From contig MENK01000035.1 in the NCBI GenBank assembly GCA_001768235.1, positions 61,755 through 125,754 on the forward strand: DNA of 64,000 bases. The letters run 5' to 3'. Source of the DNA: Bacteroidetes bacterium GWB2_32_14 (GTDB taxonomy: Bacteria > Bacteroidota > Bacteroidia > Bacteroidales > UBA12077). The notes under the pieces are model-generated. The model did no database searches. It saw only the letters and a list, made by a program, of their open reading frames with translations, and had not been told where the DNA came from. Shown one piece after another: positions 19,149 to 27,797 of the stretch (position 1 is its first letter; each line of letters opens with the position of its first letter). The translations under genes and the position numbers were made by a program.

Positions 19149-19164
19149 TGTTCCACGAGAAATA
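19149..19164. promoter_or_regulatory. Degenerate second parS site
   Basis: TGTTCCACGAGAAATA, 14 nt after the perfect site and abutting the mnmG stop. Confidence 0.55.
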
Positions 19165-21039
19165 TTATCGACCCATATACACCAAAAGAACACTAATATC
19201 TGACGGAGAAACCCCGCTTATTCTGGCTGCCTGACCTATACTTTTCGGTTTTATTCTTTTTAACTTTTGTCTTCCTTCGGTTGAAAGAGATGCTATTTTA
19301 TCATAACCAAATTCGTCGGGTATTTTTATATGTTCTAAACGAGTTAGCTTGTCGGCTATTTGTTGTTCCCGCTCAATGTATCCTGAATATTTAATTAAAA
19401 CTTCCGCGGCTTCAATAATCTCTTCTTTTTTATCTCCTGTTTTTTCTATTTCATTTTTTAGCTCGGCAACATATTCTGAAAGTTGTAAGATTGTAATTTG
19501 AGGCCTTAATACTATTTCAAAGAGTTTTCTTTTTTGTTTTATTTCAGAAGTATCTATTTTGTTTAAATATTTGTTAATGCTACCTGGTTCTACACTAAAA
19601 GTTTTAATAAAACGAACAAGATGATCTCTGAGTTTAATTTTGTTTAACAAGTTACTGAATCTTTCTTCGCTTGCGAATCCGATTTTATAAGACAATTCTG
19701 TCAGGCGTATATCCGCATTATCCTGTCTGAGCAAAATTCTGTATTCTGCTCTTGATGTAAACATTCGATAAGGTTCATCAACACCCTTTGTTACCAAATC
19801 ATCGATTAATACTCCAATATATGCCTGGTCGCGATTGAGTACAAACTCCGGTTTATTATATGATTTTAAATGTGCATTAATACCCGCCATTAAACCCTGG
19901 GCTGCAGCCTCCTCGTATCCGGTAGTTCCATTTATTTGTCCGGCAAAATACAGGTTTTTTATTTTTTTTGTTTCAAGGGTATGAAAAAGTTGTGTTGGCG
20001 GGTAATAATCATATTCAATAGCATAACCTGGCCGAAAAATTTTAACATTCTCAAGTCCTTCGATTTTTTTTAATGCTTTAAATTGAATATCCCATGGCAG
20101 GGAAGATGAAAACCCATTAATATAATATTCTACCGTGTTATGGCCTTCGGGTTCAAGAAAAAGCTGATGTTTTTCTTTATCGGCAAAAGTAACTATTTTA
20201 TCTTCAATACTGGGACAATATCTTGGTCCAATACCTTCTATTGTTCCATTGTAAAGAGGAGAATCATCGAAACCTGTTTCAAGGATTTCGTGAACTTGCT
20301 GATTTGTATAAGTTATCCAGCAACTTTTATTGTTGTTCGGTTTTTGTTCATGTTTCAAAAACGAAAATTGTCCTCCGTTTTCATCTCCTTTTTGTTCTGT
20401 CAGTTTTGAAAAGTCTATTGTGCGGCCATCAATCCTTGCAGGTGTTCCTGTTTTCATTCTTCCTGCTTCAAATCCATGTTTTAATAATTGTTCTGTTATA
20501 CCAAAAGATGAGGCCTCCCCAGACCTGCCTCCTTCAACCTTAGATCTTCCAACATGCATTAGTCCGTTTAAAAAAGTTCCGTTTGTTAAAACCACGGTTT
20601 TTGAAAAAAAAGTAATTCCAAGTCTTGTTTTAACTCCCCTTACAATACCATCATCAATTAACAACTCATTAACCATGTCCTGCCAAAGATCGAGGTTCTT
20701 GGTTTTCTCAAGAAGGTTTCTCCACTCTATAGAAAAGAGCGTTCTGTCGCATTGAGCTCTTGGACTCCACATGGCAGGACCTTTTGATCGGTTCAGCATC
20801 CTGAACTGAATCATGCTTTTATCGGTAACAATGGCAGAATATCCTCCCATTGCATCAATTTCACGAACAATCTGGCCTTTGGCTATACCCCCCATTGCAG
20901 GATTACATGACATTTGAGCGAACTTGGTCATGTCCATGGTAATTAACAATGTTTTTGAACCCATATTAGCTGCTGCGGCCGCTGCTTCACAACCAGCGTG
21001 TCCTCCACCCACTACAATTACATCGTACTCTGGTAACAT
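19165..21039 (-). CDS. mnmG: tRNA uridine-5-carboxymethylaminomethyl(34) synthesis enzyme MnmG (GidA)
   Basis: VVGGGHAGCEAA, MSCNPAMGG, GPRYCPSIEDK, AGQINGTTGYEEAAAQG, YRMFTSRAEYR. Confidence 0.99.
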   Translation of the reverse strand: MLPEYDVIVVGGGHAGCEAAAAAANMGSKTLLITMDMTKFAQMSCNPAMGGIAKGQIVREIDAMGGYSAIVTDKSMIQFRMLNRSKGPAMWSPRAQCDRTLFSIEWRNLLEKTKNLDLWQDMVNELLIDDGIVRGVKTRLGITFFSKTVVLTNGTFLNGLMHVGRSKVEGGRSGEASSFGITEQLLKHGFEAGRMKTGTPARIDGRTIDFSKLTEQKGDENGGQFSFLKHEQKPNNNKSCWITYTNQQVHEILETGFDDSPLYNGTIEGIGPRYCPSIEDKIVTFADKEKHQLFLEPEGHNTVEYYINGFSSSLPWDIQFKALKKIEGLENVKIFRPGYAIEYDYYPPTQLFHTLETKKIKNLYFAGQINGTTGYEEAAAQGLMAGINAHLKSYNKPEFVLNRDQAYIGVLIDDLVTKGVDEPYRMFTSRAEYRILLRQDNADIRLTELSYKIGFASEERFSNLLNKIKLRDHLVRFIKTFSVEPGSINKYLNKIDTSEIKQKRKLFEIVLRPQITILQLSEYVAELKNEIEKTGDKKEEIIEAAEVLIKYSGYIEREQQIADKLTRLEHIKIPDEFGYDKIASLSTEGRQKLKRIKPKSIGQAARISGVSPSDISVLLVYMGR

Positions 21040-21067
21040 CTTTATTATATATTTAGAACCCGGAAAA

Positions 21068-21493
21068 TTATAAAAGATTTTTATATCTATCCAGATAATT
21101 ATTTTCTTTTTCTCTCATTTGAATTTTTTCACCATTTGTAGAGTCATTATATCCTATTAAATGAAGAATTCCATGAATAATAACTCTTCTGATTTCATCT
21201 TCAAATGAAACAATAAATCTTTTAGAATTGTTTAAAACCGTTTCAATACTAATATAAATATCGCCATTAATTGTGTTTTTTTCACAATAATTAAATGTAA
21301 TTATATCGGTGAGGTAGTTGTGTGAAAGGTATTTTTTATTTATGTCAAGAAGGTAATTATCAGACGTAAAAATGATATTAATTAACCCTGTTTTTTTAAG
21401 CTCATTTTCGATGGAGAGTTTTATCCAATTTCTGATTTTGTTTTTTGATGCCAGGTTAAAATCAATGTCTTCTGAAAAGAAATTGATGCTCAT
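21068..21493 (-). CDS. ybeY: rRNA maturation endoribonuclease YbeY
   Basis: TDIITF, GDIYIS, IHGILHLIGYND. Confidence 0.95.
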   Translation of the reverse strand: MSINFFSEDIDFNLASKNKIRNWIKLSIENELKKTGLINIIFTSDNYLLDINKKYLSHNYLTDIITFNYCEKNTINGDIYISIETVLNNSKRFIVSFEDEIRRVIIHGILHLIGYNDSTNGEKIQMREKENNYLDRYKNLL

Positions 21494-21495
21494 TT

Positions 21496-21894
21496 TTATT
21501 CTATGTTGAAATTTAATTCAACTTTATTTCCTCGGCCATGAAATATTACATCATCGGCAAGATGTTTCATTAAATAAACTCCTCGTCCATGAATATTTTC
21601 TATGTTTTCCGGAATTGTCGGGTCGGGAACGTTTGTATAATTAAATCCGGGACCTTCGTCTTCAATGAAAATTTTTATTTCGTTTTTTTCAATAAAGAAA
21701 GTTATTGTTACTTTTTTTGTTTCATCTTCTTTATTCCCGTGTACAATTGAATTATTTACTCCTTCAACAGTAGCTATGAGCATTTTGCCATATACCTCGG
21801 AATTAATTTTAGCTTCTTCTGAAACCTCATCAATTAATTTTTCGACTAAACTGATGTTTTCTATTTTAGATTCAATTAAAATGCTTCTTTTCAT
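21496..21894 (-). CDS. HATPase_c ATP-binding protein, RsbW/SpoIIAB anti-sigma kinase-like
   Basis: EGVNNSIVHGN (N box), IEDEGPGF (G1), HGRGVYLM (G2). Confidence 0.88.
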   Translation of the reverse strand: MKRSILIESKIENISLVEKLIDEVSEEAKINSEVYGKMLIATVEGVNNSIVHGNKEDETKKVTITFFIEKNEIKIFIEDEGPGFNYTNVPDPTIPENIENIHGRGVYLMKHLADDVIFHGRGNKVELNFNIE

Positions 21895-21996
21895 TTTTTA
21901 AAGCTGTTGTTAGCACTTCTGTTGTTTCTTTTTAAACAATTATAATTTTATACCTTTTTTATTAAAAATTGTTTCGTTTTTTATATTTATATTTTT

Positions 21997-22004
21997 CAAA
22001 GATA
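21997..22004 (-). promoter_or_regulatory. Sigma-A -7 element upstream of the ATPase-ybeY-mnmG cluster
   Basis: CAAAGATA on the + strand = TATCTTTG on the - strand. Confidence 0.5.
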
Positions 22005-22022
22005 GCTATTTTATTCAAGCAG

Positions 22023-23213
22023 CTACTTTTTTAGTAACCAAATTTTGGGATTTAAAACTTTTGTTTCTTCATAAATACGAAAATGCAGAACAGAGCTTTT
22101 GTCATCGTTTTTTAAATAATAAATATCACCCAAATGTTGCCCTTTTTTTACTTTATCACCTGATTTTACCCTTACATTAACTAAGTTTGAATAAAACGAA
22201 AGGAAGTGTCCGTGACGAATAATTATGGCCATATTAGACCCCGGAACAGCAATAACTCTCTTAACTTCGCCATCAAAAATTGATTTTACTTTTTCGTCCT
22301 TTGCTAAATTAATATCTATTCCCTCGTTATTTAGCATTATTCCTTTTAAAACAGGATGTTGTTGTTCTCCAAAATCTCTTATAATTACTCCTTTTTCTAC
22401 AGGCCAATCGAGTTTTCCCCGTGAACTTTTAAAATTCTCTGATAATGCTTCATCGGTATAAATCGTTCTTTTTTTACTTTCTTCTGCTTCTTTTGCTATT
22501 AAATCATTAATTTCTTTTGCAAGACGTTTCATTACTTTTTCGTTGTCTTCGATCTTTTTTCGCAACTCTTTTTCTTTTTTCTGTAGTTTTACAAGCTCTG
22601 TATTTTCTTTTTCGCGTTCAAGTTTTAATTGATATTTTTCGTTTTCTTTTTGAGATAAAAGATTTATTTTTTGATTTTTTTGTTCTTTAAGTTCGCTTAT
22701 TTCTGATAATAATTCGTTTTGTTTTTGAATTATTAATAACGCCTGCTTTTTTCTATATTGAGAATACTGTTGGAAATATTTTAATCTTCGGTATGCCTGA
22801 TTAAAGTTGTCTGATGCAAGAATGAACATAAGTTTATCGTAAGTGCTCCTGTTTTTATATGCAAAATAAATCATTTTCGCATATTCTTCTTTTAATCTAA
22901 GTATTTCATTTTCCAGATTGTTTATATTACTTGTTTTTTGTTCAATACTGGCATCAATTAAAGATATTTCATTAGAGATATCATTTACTAATTGTTCTCT
23001 TAAAGAGATTCTTTTTTTAATAATTAATATTTTATTAATCCCTGCTGTTCTGTTTTGTTCTGTTTCATCAAGCAATTTCGTTGTTAATTTAATTTCTTCT
23101 TCGGTTTTTATTTTTCGTTGTTCTAACTCTTTTCTTGTTTGGCCAAAACATTCTGTTTGCAAAAATATACTTGCAAATAAAAACAGACTTATACTTATTT
23201 TTAATTTAATCAT
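22023..23213 (-). CDS. EnvC-like murein hydrolase activator (coiled coil + degenerate M23 domain)
   Basis: Signal peptide, long coiled coil, LDWPVEKG..FG, NEGIDI; SFYSNL and LHFRI lack the canonical HxH Zn ligands. Confidence 0.88.
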   Translation of the reverse strand: MIKLKISISLFLFASIFLQTECFGQTRKELEQRKIKTEEEIKLTTKLLDETEQNRTAGINKILIIKKRISLREQLVNDISNEISLIDASIEQKTSNINNLENEILRLKEEYAKMIYFAYKNRSTYDKLMFILASDNFNQAYRRLKYFQQYSQYRKKQALLIIQKQNELLSEISELKEQKNQKINLLSQKENEKYQLKLEREKENTELVKLQKKEKELRKKIEDNEKVMKRLAKEINDLIAKEAEESKKRTIYTDEALSENFKSSRGKLDWPVEKGVIIRDFGEQQHPVLKGIMLNNEGIDINLAKDEKVKSIFDGEVKRVIAVPGSNMAIIIRHGHFLSFYSNLVNVRVKSGDKVKKGQHLGDIYYLKNDDKSSVLHFRIYEETKVLNPKIWLLKK

Positions 23214-24021
23214 TTAATGAACCCCGGTTATAGTTCTTTGGAATATCCAGCTTAATTTGTGTATTTGCCTGAAAATTTACTGTTCCATTTTTAAGCGTTA
23301 AGGTTAAATTTGTTTTTTTACTTCTAAAATCCAAATCGATAATTTCAGGAAAATATATTGATTTATAATTAATATAGCTTATATACTCTATTTTAAAATC
23401 CTGATTATTTTCTTTATTTCTCAAAACAGCCTGAATGATATTTTCATTTTTACTATCGATGAATAATATAATATTGTTAATCTCATTTTCATTTGAACTA
23501 AAATTTATCTCGTAATTATTGAACTTAGATTTAATGGTATCTGATGTATTCATATAATTATATGTATTAAAAATATATGAATAATCGGAAAATAAAATGC
23601 TTTGTAACAAATAATAATTTACCGAGAAATTGTATTTTTTGTAAATATCGTTGTATGTCCCTGTTTTATATGTTTTATTAATCCTGTCAACAAGTATAAT
23701 GTTTTCGGGTTGAAATAAAATTCTGCTGATTTCAATTCCTAACATATTTGATAATGAAACCAATATTGCAGAATCTTTAGAAATTAAAATATTCGCTTTT
23801 AAATTGATTAATGCAGAATTATCATCAATAGAAATTTTTATTCCTTTGATTGACACCCTTTTTATTGATTCAGATTTTTTCAGAATATCTGATTTTAATT
23901 CAGAAAAAGAACGTACCTCTTCTGTAGTTTTTGATAATTGTTTTTGTTGTTTACATCCGAATAAGGTAAAGGATATTATTACTAAAAATGTGACAGAATA
24001 AATTGTTTTTTGTTTTATCAT
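23206..24021 (-). CDS. DUF4292 family lipoprotein
   Basis: Lipobox LFGC; DSAILVS..LGIEISR..VDRINK; ends IPKNY; conserved position after the TPR gene. Confidence 0.8.
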   Translation of the reverse strand: MIKQKTIYSVTFLVIISFTLFGCKQQKQLSKTTEEVRSFSELKSDILKKSESIKRVSIKGIKISIDDNSALINLKANILISKDSAILVSLSNMLGIEISRILFQPENIILVDRINKTYKTGTYNDIYKKYNFSVNYYLLQSILFSDYSYIFNTYNYMNTSDTIKSKFNNYEINFSSNENEINNIILFIDSKNENIIQAVLRNKENNQDFKIEYISYINYKSIYFPEIIDLDFRSKKTNLTLTLKNGTVNFQANTQIKLDIPKNYNRGSLND

Positions 24022-25769
24022 TATTCCCTCGAGTTATTTTTTATTTTTAAATCAAGTTCATTGCTTGAATTACCAAGTTTTTTAGACAAATTCCACATTT
24101 CAATTGCTTTTTCAATATTTTTTGATTTATATAATATATCTCCATAATGCTCAACAATAACGCCACTTTCTATACCCCCGTGCTCTATGGCTTTTTGGAT
24201 ATAATAAAGTGCATCCTGATATTTCTCCAATTTATATAAAATCCACGCATACGTGTCGAGGTAAGTAGAATTTTCGGGAAATGCAATTATTGTTTTTTTA
24301 CTTATAGATTCAGCATAATCAAGGTTCGTTTCACGTAAGGAAAGGTAATAACTGTAGTTATTTATTACAGAATAATTTTCGGGTTGAATTTTTAGAACTT
24401 CCTGAAAATAATAATCGGAACTTTTATAATTACCTGTTTCATGATATGCTTCGCCCAAGTATATATAAAAATCTATTTGTAATTGATTATTATTTTCAAT
24501 CAAACCCAATCCTGTTTTTAAAACAGAAAGAGATTCATCTGCCTTATTTAACTGCAGGGCAGAAATACCTTTAAATAAATAAAATGTCGGATAATTCGGG
24601 AAGCTATCAATTGCAGCACAGGATTTTTCATACATTAACTTTATGTTATTCCGGAAACTATAAATTGAAATGAGTTGTTCCCAAATTATTTCAGTTGTTT
24701 TAAAATTCTTAATAATAAATTCCAGTTCAATTGTAGCTAGGTCGTAATTGGTTGTTTTTATTAAATAATCTGTATATAAAGTATAACTTTCAAGCTTGTC
24801 GGGATAATTTTCTTTAATTATTTTTAAATTTTGTTCAACCTGGTTTTTAAATAAACTGGTTTCTTGTTGTGAATTCAATACTGTTGCCAGGGTAATTATT
24901 TTTGATTGAAAATCAATGTTTTCATTTATAACTACTTTGTTAATTGCAACAAACATTTTTTCATAATCTACTTTTTTCCTGTAAAAATCTACAATTGAAA
25001 GTTGCCCCAATGGGTTTAAACTATCCAGTTCAAATAGCTTATTATAAGATTCTTCTGCTTTTAATAATAAATTATCGCGGGTAAACATTTCTGCCAATAA
25101 ACCATAATATCTTGGTTCGTTTGGAAAATGAAGAATTAATTTATTAATTTCATCATACGCTTTTGTTTTATTTCCCTGGTTTAGAAATATTTGTTGTTTT
25201 GTAACCGACGTTGTTTCATTTACTCCTACTTTTTCTTCTATTTCATTTAATAAGGCAATTGCCTCATTAAGTTGATTTACTTGTTTGTATATTGATGCAA
25301 GATAAAATGTTATTTCATGATTATTGGGTTCTATTTTGTGTAAATATTTATAAACTTCAATGGCATTTTTAAAATCATTATTCGAAACATATAATTGAGC
25401 TAATTGATATTGGTACCATTTGTTATCAGGCTCATTTTTTGTAGCCATAATGGCGTATTTTAATGCTGTTTGTATGTTGTTTAGCTGATAATTTATTTGA
25501 GAAATTTCTGAAGCAGCAATAGCACTATTTGGATTAATTTCGAGGCATTGATAATAAAGTGCTAAAGCAGAGTTATAATCACCCAGTAACTTTTTCCTGT
25601 TTGCTTCAAGGAATACATAATAATATTCTTGTTCATTGTTTTTGGACAACTCTTTTTTTACAGTTATTTTATCGTTTTTAACTAATTCTTTTGTTTTACA
25701 AGAAACCGTTAAAAACAAACTGATAAAAAAAACATACAATACAAGTCTTCTATTTTTAAAAATATTCAT
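24021..25769 (-). CDS. Tetratricopeptide repeat lipoprotein
   Basis: Lipobox TVSC; many TPR helices; NNYSYYLS...YLDTYAWILYKL...EHYGDIL C-terminus. Confidence 0.9.
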   Translation of the reverse strand: MNIFKNRRLVLYVFFISLFLTVSCKTKELVKNDKITVKKELSKNNEQEYYYVFLEANRKKLLGDYNSALALYYQCLEINPNSAIAASEISQINYQLNNIQTALKYAIMATKNEPDNKWYQYQLAQLYVSNNDFKNAIEVYKYLHKIEPNNHEITFYLASIYKQVNQLNEAIALLNEIEEKVGVNETTSVTKQQIFLNQGNKTKAYDEINKLILHFPNEPRYYGLLAEMFTRDNLLLKAEESYNKLFELDSLNPLGQLSIVDFYRKKVDYEKMFVAINKVVINENIDFQSKIITLATVLNSQQETSLFKNQVEQNLKIIKENYPDKLESYTLYTDYLIKTTNYDLATIELEFIIKNFKTTEIIWEQLISIYSFRNNIKLMYEKSCAAIDSFPNYPTFYLFKGISALQLNKADESLSVLKTGLGLIENNNQLQIDFYIYLGEAYHETGNYKSSDYYFQEVLKIQPENYSVINNYSYYLSLRETNLDYAESISKKTIIAFPENSTYLDTYAWILYKLEKYQDALYYIQKAIEHGGIESGVIVEHYGDILYKSKNIEKAIEMWNLSKKLGNSSNELDLKIKNNSRE

Positions 25770-25812
25770 TATTATTTTGCTGATTTATAAAAAGTTTGTT
25801 ATCCATTAATTT

Positions 25813-26247
25813 TTACTTTATTCCAGTACTTCCAAAACCACCGGCACCACGATTTGTTTCGTTTAACTCCTGAACATTAGTAAGAGTAACATGTTCATAT
25901 TTTGCAATAATCATTTGGCAGATTCTTTCTCCTGTCTCAATTATTACATCCTGATTTGATAAATTGATTAATATAACACCTATTTCCCCCCTGTAATCAG
26001 CATCAATTGTACCAGGAGTATTTAAAACACTTATCCCCTTTTTTAAAGCCAATCCGCTTCGTGGCCTTATCTGTGCTTCAAAACCAACCGGTAATTCTAT
26101 ATATAATCCTGTTGGAATTAAAGCCCGTTCTAACGGTTTTAATATAACCGGGTTTTCAAGAAAAGCTCTTAAATCCATTCCTGCAGAATACTCTGTACTA
26201 TAGGCTGGTAATGGATTGTTCGATTTGTTTATAATTTTTACTATCAT
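25813..26247 (-). CDS. dut: dUTP diphosphatase
   Basis: [40 protein letters not shown]. Confidence 0.98.
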   Translation of the reverse strand: MIVKIINKSNNPLPAYSTEYSAGMDLRAFLENPVILKPLERALIPTGLYIELPVGFEAQIRPRSGLALKKGISVLNTPGTIDADYRGEIGVILINLSNQDVIIETGERICQMIIAKYEHVTLTNVQELNETNRGAGGFGSTGIK

Positions 26248-26316
26248 GCTATTTTAATATTGTTCAAACTTATTAAATATGATTCTTTATTAAAAATATG
26301 ATTTACACATTATTTG

Positions 26317-27780
26317 TTAAAAATATTTAAAAATCTTTTTTTCTTTTTTAATTACAATAAGTACATAAACCAACAAGAAGGCTGTATTAATAATTAATTG
26401 AAATACAACATTTTTTATGTTTAAAAAATTGTTTATAAAATATATTCCCAGGGATAAAATAAAATAAAAAGTTATTGTTTTAATATCGTAATTCATTTTA
26501 TAATACGCTTGTCCAACAAAGTAGGAAATAATAATCATTGAAAAATAGCATAAAAAAGTTGCCCAGGCTGCACCTTTATAACCCATTGATGGTACTAATG
26601 CAATATTTAATCCTATTGTAATAACGGCACCAATAATAGCCACAAAAGCTCCTTTTTTAGTTAAATTTGTTAATTTATACCATATAGATTGATTATAAAG
26701 TATTCCTAAAAATAAATTAGCTAATAAAACAATCGGTACAATAGACAATCCCGAATGAAATTCTACTCCAATAAAATATTTAATAATATCAATAAAAAGA
26801 ACTACTCCCAGAAAAATAAATAATCCAATAATTATAAAATATTTCATTATGAGGGCATATTGTTCTTTTGCATTCTTATCATTCATACGTGAAAAAAAAT
26901 AGGGTTCAACAGCATATCTGAACATTTGGATAAAAAGAGTCATTAATACGGCTATTTTATAATTTGCACCATAAATTCCTACTTGTTCAAGCGCAGTTGA
27001 GGGATCTCTTACCAAATGTTTCATTAATATCTTATCTAATACTTCATTTACTGTTCCCGCAATACCAACAACTAAAAGAGGTAAAGAATAATTAAGCATT
27101 CTTTTTAATAAATCTAATTCAAATTTTAGTTTAATATTAATGATTTCAGGTATAAGAAAAATTAAGGTAGATACTGTTGCAATGAGATTCGCAATAAAAA
27201 CGTAACCTACTCCCATTTCCGGATTATAAATATATTTTACCAAATCAGGATTTGAACTATATATTCTGGGAAAAACTAAAAAGAATATGGCATTAAATCC
27301 AATATTAATGACAACGTTCACGATTTTTAAAACACCAAATTTTCTTGCTTTACCAAGGTATCTCAATTTTGCAAAAGGAATAGATGTAAATGCATCTATA
27401 CTCACAATTAAGCAAAACCAACGTATATATTCAGCATTATGACTATAATCAAGAGCGGTGGCAATGTTATTAGAAAAAATATATGATAGAATTATAAATA
27501 AAAATGAAGTAGTAAAAAGAGAAATTATACTCGTGCTATATACCTTATCGAAATCTTTTTCGCTTTTTGCAAATCTGAAAAACCCGGTTTCCATTCCATA
27601 AGTAAGAATCACCAGTAAAAAAACAATGTATGCATACAATTCAGTAAAGACACCGTATTCTGTTTTATCAAATATTCTCGTATAAAGTGGTGTTAGCAAT
27701 AAAAAGTTTAATAACCGTGGTGCTACAGTTCCAAAACCATAAATTATAGTTTGTCCGGCTAATCGTTTAAATTGGCTCAA
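26317..27780 (-). CDS. Oligosaccharide/polysaccharide flippase (MOP superfamily)
   Basis: LAGQTIIYG, TYGMETGFFRF, GIYGANYKIA; many TM segments; TTG start. Confidence 0.85.
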   Translation of the reverse strand: MSQFKRLAGQTIIYGFGTVAPRLLNFLLLTPLYTRIFDKTEYGVFTELYAYIVFLLVILTYGMETGFFRFAKSEKDFDKVYSTSIISLFTTSFLFIILSYIFSNNIATALDYSHNAEYIRWFCLIVSIDAFTSIPFAKLRYLGKARKFGVLKIVNVVINIGFNAIFFLVFPRIYSSNPDLVKYIYNPEMGVGYVFIANLIATVSTLIFLIPEIINIKLKFELDLLKRMLNYSLPLLVVGIAGTVNEVLDKILMKHLVRDPSTALEQVGIYGANYKIAVLMTLFIQMFRYAVEPYFFSRMNDKNAKEQYALIMKYFIIIGLFIFLGVVLFIDIIKYFIGVEFHSGLSIVPIVLLANLFLGILYNQSIWYKLTNLTKKGAFVAIIGAVITIGLNIALVPSMGYKGAAWATFLCYFSMIIISYFVGQAYYKMNYDIKTITFYFILSLGIYFINNFLNIKNVVFQLIINTAFLLVYVLIVIKKEKKIFKYF

Positions 27781-27797
27781 TTTTTTTCTTTATAAAA

